Below, piece after piece: positions 27,795 to 37,170 of a stretch of 55,242 bases of DNA. Source of the stretch: Candidatus Aadella gelida (lineage in GTDB: Bacteria > Omnitrophota > Gorgyraeia > Tantalellales > Tantalellaceae); NCBI GenBank assembly GCA_030765205.1, contig JAVCDB010000017.1:1-55242 (forward strand), in the 5' to 3' direction. The notes beneath the pieces are model-generated. The model saw only the letters and a list, made by a program, of their open reading frames with translations. It was not told the origin of the DNA and ran no database searches. Positions within the stretch are counted from its first letter, which is position 1, and every line of letters begins with the position of its first letter. The position numbers were made by a program, and so were the translations under genes.

Positions 27795-29139
27795 TAATTT
27801 ACCGGCAGTATGCATAATGGGCCGTCCAAATGTTGGAAAGTCTTCACTTTTTAATGTGCTTATGGGTGAGCGTCGAGCAGTTGTTGTAGAGCAGTCAGGA
27901 ACCACAAGAGACCGTGTTGAGACGATAACAAAAATAGGATCACATGACGTTAAGCTTATAGATACGGGTGGATATGATTCGTGTGACTCCGATAAGATAT
28001 ACCTTGAGGTTAAGGAACAGATATACAGAGCCATGGAGGAAGCTTCAGTTGTGATCATGATGGTAGATACTAAAGCAGGAATACTCCCGTTCGATGAAGA
28101 GGTCGCGGCATTGCTCCGAAAGTTTAATAAACCTGTTATACTGGTGGCTAATAAAGCGGATAACGATAAGATGATGACTGGAACCGCGGAGTTTTATAAA
28201 CTTGGCTTCGGTGAACCGCAACCTATCTCATGTCTTCACAGAAGAGGTTTGAGGCAGCTTAAAAAGAATATATCTACTATTCTCATGGGCCTACCCGACA
28301 TTGTTCGCATCAAGAAAGCCGATAAAGTCTCCGAGAGCACAAAAATAGCTATGGTGGGTCGTCCTAATGTAGGGAAATCATCTTTAGTAAACAATCTTCT
28401 CAAGCGCAATAGAGTCATAGTAAGTGATGTCCCGGGTACGACCAGGGATTCTATAGACACATATTTTACTTATGAGGATGAGAGTTATGTTCTTATAGAT
28501 ACGGCCGGAATAAGACATAGAAGAAAGATAAAGAATGCCGTTGATGTTTATAGTATCATGAGATCCAAGGAATCTATTGCAAGGGCGGATGTTGTTATGC
28601 TTCTTTTGGATGCTACAGACGGGGTAACCAAAGACGATCTTAGTATACTTGAGTTCGTTGAGGAGAACGGAAAAGCATGTCTTATTGTTGTCAACAAATG
28701 GGACCTTTCCGAGGATATTAAAGATATTTCAGAGGAAGATTATCGTAAACATTTGGGATATGCCGCAAATCATATAAGCAAGTTTCCTATAGCGTTCGTT
28801 TCTGCGAAAACAGGAAAGAATATATTATCGAGTTTTTTGCAGGCAAAAATACTTAACACAAATCTTGATATTACTGTTTCGACAGGGTTTCTTAATAGGA
28901 TATTTGAAAAGAACGATCCCTCTGAAATCCCTATTCCTAGGAGCAAGAAGCGGCCTAATTTTCTATATATTGTTCAATCTAGCAAGCGACCTGTAGAGTT
29001 CAAGTTTTTTGTCAATGATCCGTCTAGCGTTTTACCCGTACATATGAGTTATATAGAGAACAAGTTGCGATCAGAATTGCCGCTTTCAGGAATTCCGATA
29101 AAGATCATTATAAAAAGATCAAGGAAGGAGAAGAAATAG
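27781..29139 (+). CDS. der: Ribosome-associated GTPase Der (EngA).
   Basis: Two GTPase domains (GRPNVGKSSLFN and GRPNVGKSSLVN, with DTGG/DTAG and NKAD/NKWD) are followed by a KH-like C-terminus. Confidence 0.96.
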   Translation: MKNYDNLPAVCIMGRPNVGKSSLFNVLMGERRAVVVEQSGTTRDRVETITKIGSHDVKLIDTGGYDSCDSDKIYLEVKEQIYRAMEEASVVIMMVDTKAGILPFDEEVAALLRKFNKPVILVANKADNDKMMTGTAEFYKLGFGEPQPISCLHRRGLRQLKKNISTILMGLPDIVRIKKADKVSESTKIAMVGRPNVGKSSLVNNLLKRNRVIVSDVPGTTRDSIDTYFTYEDESYVLIDTAGIRHRRKIKNAVDVYSIMRSKESIARADVVMLLLDATDGVTKDDLSILEFVEENGKACLIVVNKWDLSEDIKDISEEDYRKHLGYAANHISKFPIAFVSAKTGKNILSSFLQAKILNTNLDITVSTGFLNRIFEKNDPSEIPIPRSKKRPNFLYIVQSSKRPVEFKFFVNDPSSVLPVHMSYIENKLRSELPLSGIPIKIIIKRSRKEKK

Positions 29140-29143
29140 GCGC

Positions 29144-29236
29144 TAGGTGTTAGGTTCTAGGTTTTAGGTTATAGGTTTTGGAGTGATAGCCCCTCGTCTC
29201 CTAACACCTATAACCTAAAACCTATAACCTGTTTTT
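29144..29236 (+). terminator. Inverted heptamer arrays: TAGGTGT TAGGTTC TAGGTTT TAGGTTA TAGGTTT, a loop, then TAACACC TATAACC TAAAACC TATAACC, followed by a T5 run. Likely an intrinsic terminator or strong hairpin after der.
   Basis: The left arm is 29144-29178 and the right arm 29202-29229, and the arms are complementary. TTTTT lies at 29232-29236. The unit family is the same as at 19440-19511. Confidence 0.6.
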
Positions 29237-29277
29237 CAGTAGAGAGGCGATTTTTTTAAAATTATTTGGAGGATAAC

Positions 29278-29907
29278 ATGGTGTTTTTTTTACCGGCCCT
29301 TCTTGTGGCATATTTATTAGGTTCTTTTCCAACAGCTTTTATTTTTGGAGAAGCGATAAAGGGTATAGATATAAGGGAACACGGAAGCGGGAATGTTGGC
29401 GCAACTAATGTATATCGTACCGTAGGAAAATTTGCCGGTATAGTGGTATTCATCATTGATGTCCTAAAGGGAACCGCAGCGGTTGTTCTTCTGCCTTTGG
29501 CAATTAAGGCTATAGGAGGGGATGCTAATATTACGTTTAGTTATTATTTTTATATTTCTTTAGGCGCCTGCGTGATAGCAGGCCATATGTGGACATGTTT
29601 TCTAGGGTTCAAGGGAGGTAAAGGAGTTGCTACAACAGCCGGTGTATTAGCAGGTCTTGCGCCAGGCATTTTAGGAATATGTCTTGTAGTTTGGATCGTT
29701 GTTTTTAGTATTTGGAAATATGTATCACTCGCATCTATATGCAGTGCGGTATCAATGCCCGTTTTTGCGCTTATTTTCGGGAAAAGCCTCGAATTTATCA
29801 TCTTTACAGCCGTATTAAGTATGATCGGAGTATATGCTCATAGATCGAATATACGGCGTCTAATGCAGGGAACAGAGAACCGTTTGGTTAGTAGTTCAAA
29901 AAGCTAG
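29278..29907 (+). CDS. plsY: Glycerol-3-phosphate acyltransferase PlsY.
   Basis: The motifs GSGNVGATNVYR and FKGGKGVAT are present, with multiple TM segments. The ATG at 29278 is preceded by GGAGGA. Confidence 0.93.
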   Translation: MVFFLPALLVAYLLGSFPTAFIFGEAIKGIDIREHGSGNVGATNVYRTVGKFAGIVVFIIDVLKGTAAVVLLPLAIKAIGGDANITFSYYFYISLGACVIAGHMWTCFLGFKGGKGVATTAGVLAGLAPGILGICLVVWIVVFSIWKYVSLASICSAVSMPVFALIFGKSLEFIIFTAVLSMIGVYAHRSNIRRLMQGTENRLVSSSKS

Positions 29908-30027
29908 AGTAGTTCCCTTGTATTTTCTCCAGAATCCAGTATACTATCTATTGTTAGTTTTGGGAAAGTAAGATAACGAGATTATTTTTTTACGCATCTT
30001 AATAAATACATTTAAAAAGACAAGAAT

Positions 30028-30396
30028 ATGGACGAGATGAAAAAACTTCTTCATAAGGACATTTTAGGTAAAAACCCGAGAAAGCATGAGGTTACCGTTG
30101 AGGAAACGAGTGATCTTAAGGATTCTAAAATCTCGAAGAGGAAGACCTGCAAATATTTTATCAGAGATCATTATAGTTCTTCAGATACGGAGGAGCTTAA
30201 AGAGTGGATAGCTGAAAAACAGAAAGTATCGTGCAAAAAGGATTGTCATGTTCTCAGATTATCTAACACCCACACAGGAGAGGAAAAAGTTGTGTGTAAA
30301 GTATTAGGAGATTTTTATGTAGTGTCGGGAAATACTGCATATGAAGTGGTATACATGAATGAAATAAGATTGAGCGTTGCCGAGGAAGGGGAATAA
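30028..30396 (+). CDS. Hypothetical protein of 122 aa, Lys/Glu-rich, with four Cys including CKKDCH.
   Basis: This is the only long ORF in the plsY-gpsA insert. I recognise no motif and the RBS is weak. It is followed by two intrinsic terminators. Confidence 0.45.
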   Translation: MDEMKKLLHKDILGKNPRKHEVTVEETSDLKDSKISKRKTCKYFIRDHYSSSDTEELKEWIAEKQKVSCKKDCHVLRLSNTHTGEEKVVCKVLGDFYVVSGNTAYEVVYMNEIRLSVAEEGE

Positions 30397-30474
30397 CATG
30401 AATACACAGGAACATAAGAACGTGCATATTATGGCGCTTCCCATAGCGCTGATAAAACTGTACCTCCTTAAGGG

Positions 30475-30523
30475 CAGGCTACGATTACTAGAACTTGCAA
30501 CCAGAAGGTAGCCTGACTTTTTT
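30475..30523 (+). terminator. Candidate intrinsic terminator: stem CAGGCTAC/GTAGCCTG followed by T6.
   Basis: The stem pairs 30475-30482 with 30508-30515 and TTTTTT lies at 30518-30523. The loop is large (25 nt), which lowers confidence. Confidence 0.45.
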
Positions 30524-30531
30524 ATAATTCG

Positions 30532-30580
30532 CGGGGGAGAGTCTAACGGGTGTTCCGTTTTGATTCCCCCCGTTTTTTTT
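30532..30580 (+). terminator. Intrinsic terminator: G/C-rich stem CGGGGGA/TCCCCCCG with inner stem AACGG/CCGTT, followed by T8.
   Basis: The hairpin spans 30532-30572 and TTTTTTTT lies at 30573-30580. It is followed by GC and A8, forming a T8-GC-A8 palindrome. Confidence 0.7.
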
Positions 30581-30599
30581 GCAAAAAAAAGTCCGGTAA

Positions 30600-30780
30600 A
30601 CCTGTATAAAGTTTCCTCCCTGACAAATTTTTTAACGCTTTTTATATAGCTTTCGAAAGGGCGTTAAATAAACTCACCCTCGCATAGCTCGGGTTCAGAC
30701 ATATTTAACGCCTTCTTCTTTCAAAAGCTATATAAAAAACTAAAATTTGTGACAGGGAACCCTAGAAACTTTATACAGGT
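30600..30780. repeat. 181-nt near-perfect long inverted repeat. Candidates are a structured ncRNA or a MITE-like element.
   Basis: The ends ACCTGTATAAAGTTTC (30600-30615) and GAAACTTTATACAGGT (30765-30780) form a perfect 16-bp pairing. The arms stay complementary inward with small indels (TCCCTG-ACAAATTTT, TTTTTATATAGCTTT, GGCGTTAAATA). The central loop is about 30672-30700. Confidence 0.8.
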
Positions 30781-31024
30781 GCTAAACAGTGTTTTTGAGA
30801 TGAGAGGGGAAAAAGTAGGATGAGTACTCCGTGCCTAGGGCGAAGAGCTTGCCTCGGAATACTGCTTTCCAAGCAGTATTTTGTGTCCATTCCAATGGGA
30901 AGGAATATCCACGGCGCGGTTATTCCTGGAAAAGGGACAAAGTAGTCTCTTAATCTTTGATCAGGTGTCCTTATATGTGCTATATCATACTATTGACTAT
31001 AAATATTATATGTGTTAGACTTTT

Positions 31025-32017
31025 ATGATTATGAGCAGGATAAGTGTAATTGGTGATGGGGGATGGGGCACTGCATTAGCACTTTTATTGCACTCTAAAG
31101 GGACGGAAGTTGTTCTTTGGAGCGCATTTGATGATTATGCTGCATGCCTGAATTCAAGCAGAGAAAACACAAAATTTCTTAAAGGGATAACCTTGCCCAA
31201 AGGCCTTAAGATCACTTCGGATGATAATGAGGTCAAAAGCAGCGAATATGTTATTTTTGCTGTACCTTGCGAATATATGCGTGGGGTGCTTGATCGTTTC
31301 AAAGATGCGGATTTTAAACGTATCATAAGTGCTACCAAGGGAATAGAGAACGGGTCGTTAATGAGACCAACGGAGATATTGAAAGAGTATTTTAAAGAAG
31401 ACAGGATCAGTGTTGTATCTGGACCCAGTATATCTTTTGAGGTTGCACGAGGAGTTCCTACCACTGTAGTTGTCGCAGGATACGGGGCCGAACAAGAGGA
31501 TGTTCGGGATCTATTAATGACGGAAAGTTTTAGGGTTTATACTTCGAAAGATGTTATCGGGGTAGAGCTGGGAGGAGCCCTGAAGAATATAATAGCGATA
31601 GCAGCGGGGATATCAGACGGATTAGGTTTCGGGACTAATCCAAAGGCAGCAATACTTACTAGAGGGCTTGCCGAGATAACGCGCTTAGGCGTTAAGATGG
31701 GGGCAGATCCTTCGACTTTTCGCGGGCTTAGCGGTATAGGGGACTTAATGACGACATGTATCAGCCGGGATTCAAGGAACCGTTGTTTCGGAGAAGAGAT
31801 AGGAAAAGGGAGAAGTAAAGAAGAGGTCTTAAAGGATACAGAGATGGTTGTTGAAGGTTTAGCAACTTGTAGATCGGCATATGAAATGTCGGAAAAATAT
31901 AAAGTTGATATGCCCATAACAAATAAAGTATACGAAGTTCTTTATAAGGGGAAGGATCCTTTGTCGGCAGTTAAAGAACTGATGACACGGGAAGCTAAAG
32001 AAGAAGATTACATGTAA
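31025..32017 (+). CDS. gpsA: NAD(P)H-dependent glycerol-3-phosphate dehydrogenase.
   Basis: The motifs [14 protein letters not shown] and [22 protein letters not shown] are present. Confidence 0.95.
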   Translation: MIMSRISVIGDGGWGTALALLLHSKGTEVVLWSAFDDYAACLNSSRENTKFLKGITLPKGLKITSDDNEVKSSEYVIFAVPCEYMRGVLDRFKDADFKRIISATKGIENGSLMRPTEILKEYFKEDRISVVSGPSISFEVARGVPTTVVVAGYGAEQEDVRDLLMTESFRVYTSKDVIGVELGGALKNIIAIAAGISDGLGFGTNPKAAILTRGLAEITRLGVKMGADPSTFRGLSGIGDLMTTCISRDSRNRCFGEEIGKGRSKEEVLKDTEMVVEGLATCRSAYEMSEKYKVDMPITNKVYEVLYKGKDPLSAVKELMTREAKEEDYM

Positions 32018-32059
32018 CCGTGTCTCGGGGCTTGTGGCCCGTGTCCCGTTGTGCGGATC

Positions 32060-32087
32060 ACGAACCACGAATCACGAATCACGAAAC
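32060..32087 (+). repeat. Tandem heptamers ACGAACC ACGAATC ACGAATC ACGAAAC ending 2 nt before tRNA-Pro.
   Basis: There are four in-phase units. They are preceded by CCGTGTC-type 7-nt units at 32018-32059. Confidence 0.85.
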
Positions 32088-32089
32088 AT

Positions 32090-32166
32090 CGGGACGTGGC
32101 GCAGTCTGGTAGCGTACTTGTCTGGGGGACAAGGGGTCGCCGGTTCGAATCCGGCCGTCCCGACCA
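32090..32166 (+). tRNA. tRNA-Pro (anticodon GGG), with encoded CCA.
   Basis: I folded the cloverleaf by eye. The acceptor is CGGGACG/CGTCCCG, the anticodon stem CTTGT/ACAAG, the loop CTGGGGG with anticodon GGG and G37, and the T arm GCCGG-TTCGAAT-CCGGC. Confidence 0.9.
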
Positions 32167-32325
32167 TTCTTCTTCGCCCTTCAATAAGCGGGCTATCTGG
32201 TAGGGCTACGAAGGAACAAGTTCTAGATACGAAGCAAGCGAAGAAGAATGTCTCTACGAAGTTGTACCATTGTTTACTTTTTGAACAGCGAAGTAGGGCA
32301 AAAACAAATAGCATAAGGAGATGAT

Positions 32326-33627
32326 ATGGGATCCGTGAACATAGGAATAATAGGACTGGGAACCATAGGAAAAGGTGTTTATGACGCTATATTAAGTAAC
32401 GGTGATCTTATAAAATCAAGGTCAGGGGTCTCTTTGAACATAAAAGCGGTATGCGATAAGGATAAAAAAGTTCTCGGAGAGATAAAAGAGGCCAAAGGGC
32501 TTGTTAAAACCTCTTCCGCGGATGACGTTCTTAAGGATAAAGATATAGATATCGTCGTAGAGCTTATAGGGGGAATTGATCCCGCTAAAGATATAGTTCT
32601 TAAAGCCCTAAATTCAAAGAAACATGTTGTTACCGCGAACAAAGCATTGCTTTCATCTAACTGGAAAACCATTTTTAGTGCTGCTTCGGAGAATAATGTA
32701 ATAGTGAATTTCGAAGCCGCGGTGGGAGGAGCTATACCGGTAATACGTACTCTTAAAATGAGTTTTGTGGCGAATAAGATAAACACTATATACGGAATAC
32801 TTAACGGGACCACTAATTTTATATTGACCAAAATGTCTGAAAAAGGATGTTCCTTTCAGGAAGCATTAAGCGTTGCACAGAAAAAGGGAATAGCTGAAAG
32901 TGATCCTGAAATTGATGTGAGCGGCGCGGATAGCGCGCATAAACTCGCTATACTTTCCGTTCTTGGATTCGGAGCTGATGTTTCGGGTGATGATGTGTAT
33001 ACCGAAGGGATAGTCAAGATAGGGCCGGAAGATGTTAAGAATGCCGACAAGTTGGGATATGGAATAAAACTTCTGGCTATAGCAAAGGATACCGGTGAAG
33101 GTTTGGAACTCAGAGTGCATCCTACTCTATTGAGTTCGTCTCATCTTCTTTCCGGGGTCAGGAATGCGGACAATGCCGTGTTCGTAAAAGGTGACCTTAT
33201 AGGAGAGTCTTTGCTTTTCGGCAAAGGAGCCGGGAGTAAGCCTACTTCGAGTTCGGTTATTGCGGATATAGTTGAAATAGCTGAAAAAATAAAAGATGAC
33301 GCGTCTTGCGGGATGAAACCCTACAGGTCCGGTCAGGCATCAAAAAATGTAAAAATAAAACGTATTGAGGATCTTCTCATATCGTATTATTTAAGGTTTT
33401 CTGCCATAGATAAGCCGGGTGTTCTGGCAGGGATATCTTCTGTGTTGGCTAAAAATGACATAAGTATAGCCAATGTGTCTCAAGACGAAAGAAAAGAAGG
33501 GGAGACCGTACCGGTTGTTATTCTTACCCACAAAGCTAAAGAAGGGAATATGCGTAAGGCTATTTCTGAGATAGATAAAATGGACTGGATAAGTGATGAA
33601 ACTGTCGTGATAAGGATAGAAGAATAA
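32326..33627 (+). CDS. hom: Homoserine dehydrogenase.
   Basis: An N-terminal NAD-binding motif IGIIGLGTIGKGV, the motif TANKALL, and a C-terminal ACT domain are present. The RBS is AAGGAG. Confidence 0.95.
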   Translation: MGSVNIGIIGLGTIGKGVYDAILSNGDLIKSRSGVSLNIKAVCDKDKKVLGEIKEAKGLVKTSSADDVLKDKDIDIVVELIGGIDPAKDIVLKALNSKKHVVTANKALLSSNWKTIFSAASENNVIVNFEAAVGGAIPVIRTLKMSFVANKINTIYGILNGTTNFILTKMSEKGCSFQEALSVAQKKGIAESDPEIDVSGADSAHKLAILSVLGFGADVSGDDVYTEGIVKIGPEDVKNADKLGYGIKLLAIAKDTGEGLELRVHPTLLSSSHLLSGVRNADNAVFVKGDLIGESLLFGKGAGSKPTSSSVIADIVEIAEKIKDDASCGMKPYRSGQASKNVKIKRIEDLLISYYLRFSAIDKPGVLAGISSVLAKNDISIANVSQDERKEGETVPVVILTHKAKEGNMRKAISEIDKMDWISDETVVIRIEE

Positions 33628-33653
33628 TTTGTGAACAGATAAGAGGAGCTAGT

Positions 33654-34715
33654 ATGGGTGTTATTGAGAGATACAAAGAATATTTACCGGTAAGTGACAA
33701 GACCCCTGTCATAAGTCTAGAGGAAGGGGATACACCTCTAGTAAATGCCGAGCCTATAGCCGAAAGAATAGGTAAAGGGTACAATGTCTGGTTAAAATAC
33801 GAAGGCCTCAACCCTACCGGGAGTTTTAAGGATAGAGGCATGACGATGGCGGTATCCAAAGCGGTTGAAGAAGGATCAAAAGCAGTTGCTTGCGCTTCTA
33901 CTGGAAATACTTCAGCATCGGCAGCGGCTTTTTCGGCGCGTGCCAAAATAAAATGTATAGTTGTCATTCCCGAAGGTGCGATCGCTTTAGGTAAATTGGC
34001 ACAAACACTGATACACGGCGCAAAAGTTATAGCTATAAAGGGAAATTTTGATCAGGCATTAGATATAGTTAAGGAGCTTACTGATAAGTATCCTATAACT
34101 CTGGTAAATTCCATAAATCCGTATAGGATAGAAGGTCAGAAGACCGGTGCGTTCGAAATATGTGATAAGCTGGGCAAAGCCCCTTATTATCATGCTCTGC
34201 CCGTAGGTAATGCCGGTAATATTACTGCGTATTGGAAAGGTTATACGGAATACAAAGAAAAAGGAAAAATAGACTCTCTGCCGAAGATGCTCGGGTTCCA
34301 AGCTGCGGGTTCGGCGCCTATAGTTGAGGGAAAAGTTATCAAAGAGCCCAAAACATTGGCTACCGCTATTAAGATTGGGAATCCAGCAAGCTGGAAACAG
34401 GCCGAAGAAGCGCGTGACGCTTCCGGAGGGATGATAGCGAAGGTTACAGAGGAGGAGATCATAGAAGCTTATAAAATACTTGCTAACGAAGTCGGGATCT
34501 TTGCGGAACCTGCATCTGCGGCGAGCGTAGCTGGAATATTGAAAAAGGCAGGAGAAGGGTATTTCGAAGAATTAAAGCCAGGAGATGAACGAGACATAGT
34601 ATGTGTTCTAACGGGGCATGGACTCAAAGATCCCGACAGAGCCATAAAATGTTTAGATCATCCTCCCATTGTTGAAGCAAAACTGGAAGCTGTTTTAAAG
34701 GAAGCTGGACTATGA
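33654..34715 (+). CDS. thrC: Threonine synthase.
   Basis: The PLP lysine region NPTGSFKDRGMT and the motif STGNTSASAAAF are present. Confidence 0.95.
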   Translation: MGVIERYKEYLPVSDKTPVISLEEGDTPLVNAEPIAERIGKGYNVWLKYEGLNPTGSFKDRGMTMAVSKAVEEGSKAVACASTGNTSASAAAFSARAKIKCIVVIPEGAIALGKLAQTLIHGAKVIAIKGNFDQALDIVKELTDKYPITLVNSINPYRIEGQKTGAFEICDKLGKAPYYHALPVGNAGNITAYWKGYTEYKEKGKIDSLPKMLGFQAAGSAPIVEGKVIKEPKTLATAIKIGNPASWKQAEEARDASGGMIAKVTEEEIIEAYKILANEVGIFAEPASAASVAGILKKAGEGYFEELKPGDERDIVCVLTGHGLKDPDRAIKCLDHPPIVEAKLEAVLKEAGL

Positions 34716-35911
34716 AATACATAATACTTGTTCCTGACGGTATGGCGGGAGAACCTCTTAAAGAGCTTAATGACAGAACCTGTATGGAAGTTGCCGTAAC
34801 GCCGAATATGGATATGATAGCTCTTAAAGGAATAGTTGGCACCTCAAATAATGTGCCAAGGGGAATGACCCCGGCTAGTGACGTGGCTAATCTATCTATA
34901 CTAGGATACGATCCGAAAAAATACTATTGCGGAAGAGGGCCACTTGAGGCGGCAAACCTGGGAGTCGAAATAGGTGAGAGTGACGTAGCGTTTCGTTTTA
35001 ACGTGATTACCGAGGCTGAAGATAGGATGTTGGATTATAGCGCAGGGCATATTTCCACAGAAGAGGTCAAGGTCCTGGTACGAGATCTTGAAGATAAAAT
35101 GGGGAGTGATAAGTATACTTTTTATCCGGGGACAAGTTATCGTAACCTGCTTTTGTTTCATTGTGCGTCGCCGGGGGATGCTGAAGATCTTTCACTTGTG
35201 AAATGTTATCCGCCGCATGACATCTTGGATCAATCTATCTCAAAACATCTTCCCAAGTCACAGGAGCTGGTGGAGATTACTAATAGGTCAAAAGAAGTTT
35301 TGGAAGGGCACGATATAAATAAAGTGAGAATAGATCTTGGGCAGAATCCAGCCAATAGTATCTGGTTATGGGGGCAGGGAAGAAAGCCTGATATACCTCT
35401 TTTTAAGGATGCATACGGAATTACAGGAGGAATAATATCTGCCGTGGATCTTTTAAAAGGCATGGGTAGAGTGCTAGGTCTGGAAGTAGCCGATGTTGTC
35501 GGAGCTACGGGATACTATGATACGAACTATGAAGGGAAAGCTGAAGCGGCTTTAGAAATATTGGAAAGAAACGACATGGTATTTGTTCATGTAGAGGCTC
35601 CTGATGAAGCAGGACATAATGGTGATGTGAAAGAAAAAATAAAAGCTATCGAAAATTTTGATAGCAGGATAACGGCAAGAATAATAGAAGCATTATCGCA
35701 CAAAGAAGAACCGCATAGGATACTTATATTACCGGATCATCCAACCCCGGTAAAGAAACGTACCCATACTGCGGAACCTGTACCCTTTGCGATGGCCGGT
35801 AAGGGCATAGAACCTGATGACGTTACCGTTTTTAATGAGAGGGCTGCTAGGGCGGGTAGTGTAAAAATTGATGAAGGTTGGAAACTAATGAGGAAGTTGC
35901 TGGAAACATGA
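34712..35911 (+). CDS. Cofactor-independent phosphoglycerate mutase (ApgM)-like metalloenzyme. Its context suggests the proposed non-orthologous homoserine kinase.
   Basis: The N-terminus MKYIILVPDGMAGEP and the motifs TPNMD and HVEAPDEAGH (alkaline-phosphatase superfamily metal ligands) are present. The gene sits between thrC and lysC with overlapping stop/start codons. Confidence 0.8.
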   Translation: MKYIILVPDGMAGEPLKELNDRTCMEVAVTPNMDMIALKGIVGTSNNVPRGMTPASDVANLSILGYDPKKYYCGRGPLEAANLGVEIGESDVAFRFNVITEAEDRMLDYSAGHISTEEVKVLVRDLEDKMGSDKYTFYPGTSYRNLLLFHCASPGDAEDLSLVKCYPPHDILDQSISKHLPKSQELVEITNRSKEVLEGHDINKVRIDLGQNPANSIWLWGQGRKPDIPLFKDAYGITGGIISAVDLLKGMGRVLGLEVADVVGATGYYDTNYEGKAEAALEILERNDMVFVHVEAPDEAGHNGDVKEKIKAIENFDSRITARIIEALSHKEEPHRILILPDHPTPVKKRTHTAEPVPFAMAGKGIEPDDVTVFNERAARAGSVKIDEGWKLMRKLLET

Positions 35912-37146
35912 AAAAGATTATAGTACAGAAGTACGGCGGGACAAGTGTTGCTAACCCTGAAAAAATTAAAGGTGTAGCAAAAAGAGTTGCCGCGTGCAAG
36001 AAAAAAGGTAATCATATTGTAGTTGTGGTATCCGCGTTAGGGAATACTACTGATGAACTTGTGGAACTTGCGGGATGTATAAGTAAGAATCCTCGGGAAA
36101 GAGAGATGGATATGCTCCTTTCGACGGGGGAACAGGTGTCGGTAGCGCTTTTAGCTATGGCGCTTCATGAATTAGGTCATGAAGCCATATCATTTACCGG
36201 CGCGCAAATAGGGATAAGGACGGATTCCTCCTACACTAAAGCCAAAATAATAGATGTGGGTACGGAAAAAATAAAGAAACATCTTGCAGCAAACAGAATA
36301 GTCATCGTTGCGGGGTTTCAGGGGATGGATCTAAATCAGGAAATAACCACTCTGGGAAGAGGTGGATCAGATATGACAGCGGTCGCATTAGCCAAGGTAC
36401 TTAAGGCTAAGATGTGCGAAATATATACGGATGTTAAAGGTGTATATACAGCTGATCCTAGAATAGTCCCGGAGGCTCGTAAACTAAGTACTATAAGTTA
36501 TGAAGAAATGTTGGAGATGGCTTCTCTGGGAGCACAGGTAATGCAGGCAAGAAGCATGGAAGTCGCCAGCAAATTTAATATACCCATGCATGTAAGATCG
36601 AGTTTTTTCCAGGAGGAAGGAACTCTTATAACTAAGGAGGTTAGGGCTATGGAAGACGTATTGGTGCGCGGTGTTACCGTGAATAAAGATGAAGCTAAGG
36701 TAACGGTATGTGACGTGCCCGATAAACCAGGTGAGGCAAGCAAAATATTTGCACATTTGGCGAAATCTGACGTAAACGTAGACATGATCATACAGAACGT
36801 GTCTCGCGCAAAAGCCACTGATATATCTTTTACGGTAGATAAAAAGAATCTTAGTAAAACAAAAAAAGTGGTTAAAAAGATCGCAGACAGTATAGGCGCG
36901 GGCGAGGTTAGATATGATGAGAATATTGCCAAGGTATCGGTTGTAGGTATAGGTATGCGCAGCCATTCCGGTGTCGCCGCTAAAATGTTTAACGCACTCG
37001 CTTCTAAAAAAATAAATATAGCCATGATATCTACGAGTGAAATAAAAATATCATGTGTTGTTAGCGGTAAGGACGCTAATAAAGCCGTTAATGCTATGCA
37101 TAAATCATTTGGTTTAGGTACTAAAACAAGAAAAAAGTCTAAATAA
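35908..37146 (+). CDS. lysC: Aspartate kinase.
   Basis: The sequence starts MKKIIVQKYGGTSV, has the motif VVVVSA, and ends with two ACT domains. The ATGA overlaps the upstream stop. Confidence 0.95.
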   Translation: MKKIIVQKYGGTSVANPEKIKGVAKRVAACKKKGNHIVVVVSALGNTTDELVELAGCISKNPREREMDMLLSTGEQVSVALLAMALHELGHEAISFTGAQIGIRTDSSYTKAKIIDVGTEKIKKHLAANRIVIVAGFQGMDLNQEITTLGRGGSDMTAVALAKVLKAKMCEIYTDVKGVYTADPRIVPEARKLSTISYEEMLEMASLGAQVMQARSMEVASKFNIPMHVRSSFFQEEGTLITKEVRAMEDVLVRGVTVNKDEAKVTVCDVPDKPGEASKIFAHLAKSDVNVDMIIQNVSRAKATDISFTVDKKNLSKTKKVVKKIADSIGAGEVRYDENIAKVSVVGIGMRSHSGVAAKMFNALASKKINIAMISTSEIKISCVVSGKDANKAVNAMHKSFGLGTKTRKKSK

Positions 37147-37170
37147 GTTTTAGACGAAAAAGGAATTAAG

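Noticed and set aside
30581-30600. AAAGTCCGG resembling the RNase P RNA CR-I motif (GGAAAGUCCGGGC).
   Set aside because: It is only a 9-nt match. None of the other conserved RNase P regions or the P4 pairing partner are visible nearby.
32034-32324. ORFs 32034-32324 (+) and 32072-32314 (-).
   Set aside because: They run across tRNA-Pro and the heptamer arrays, and have no RBS or motifs. The tRNA cloverleaf explains the sequence.
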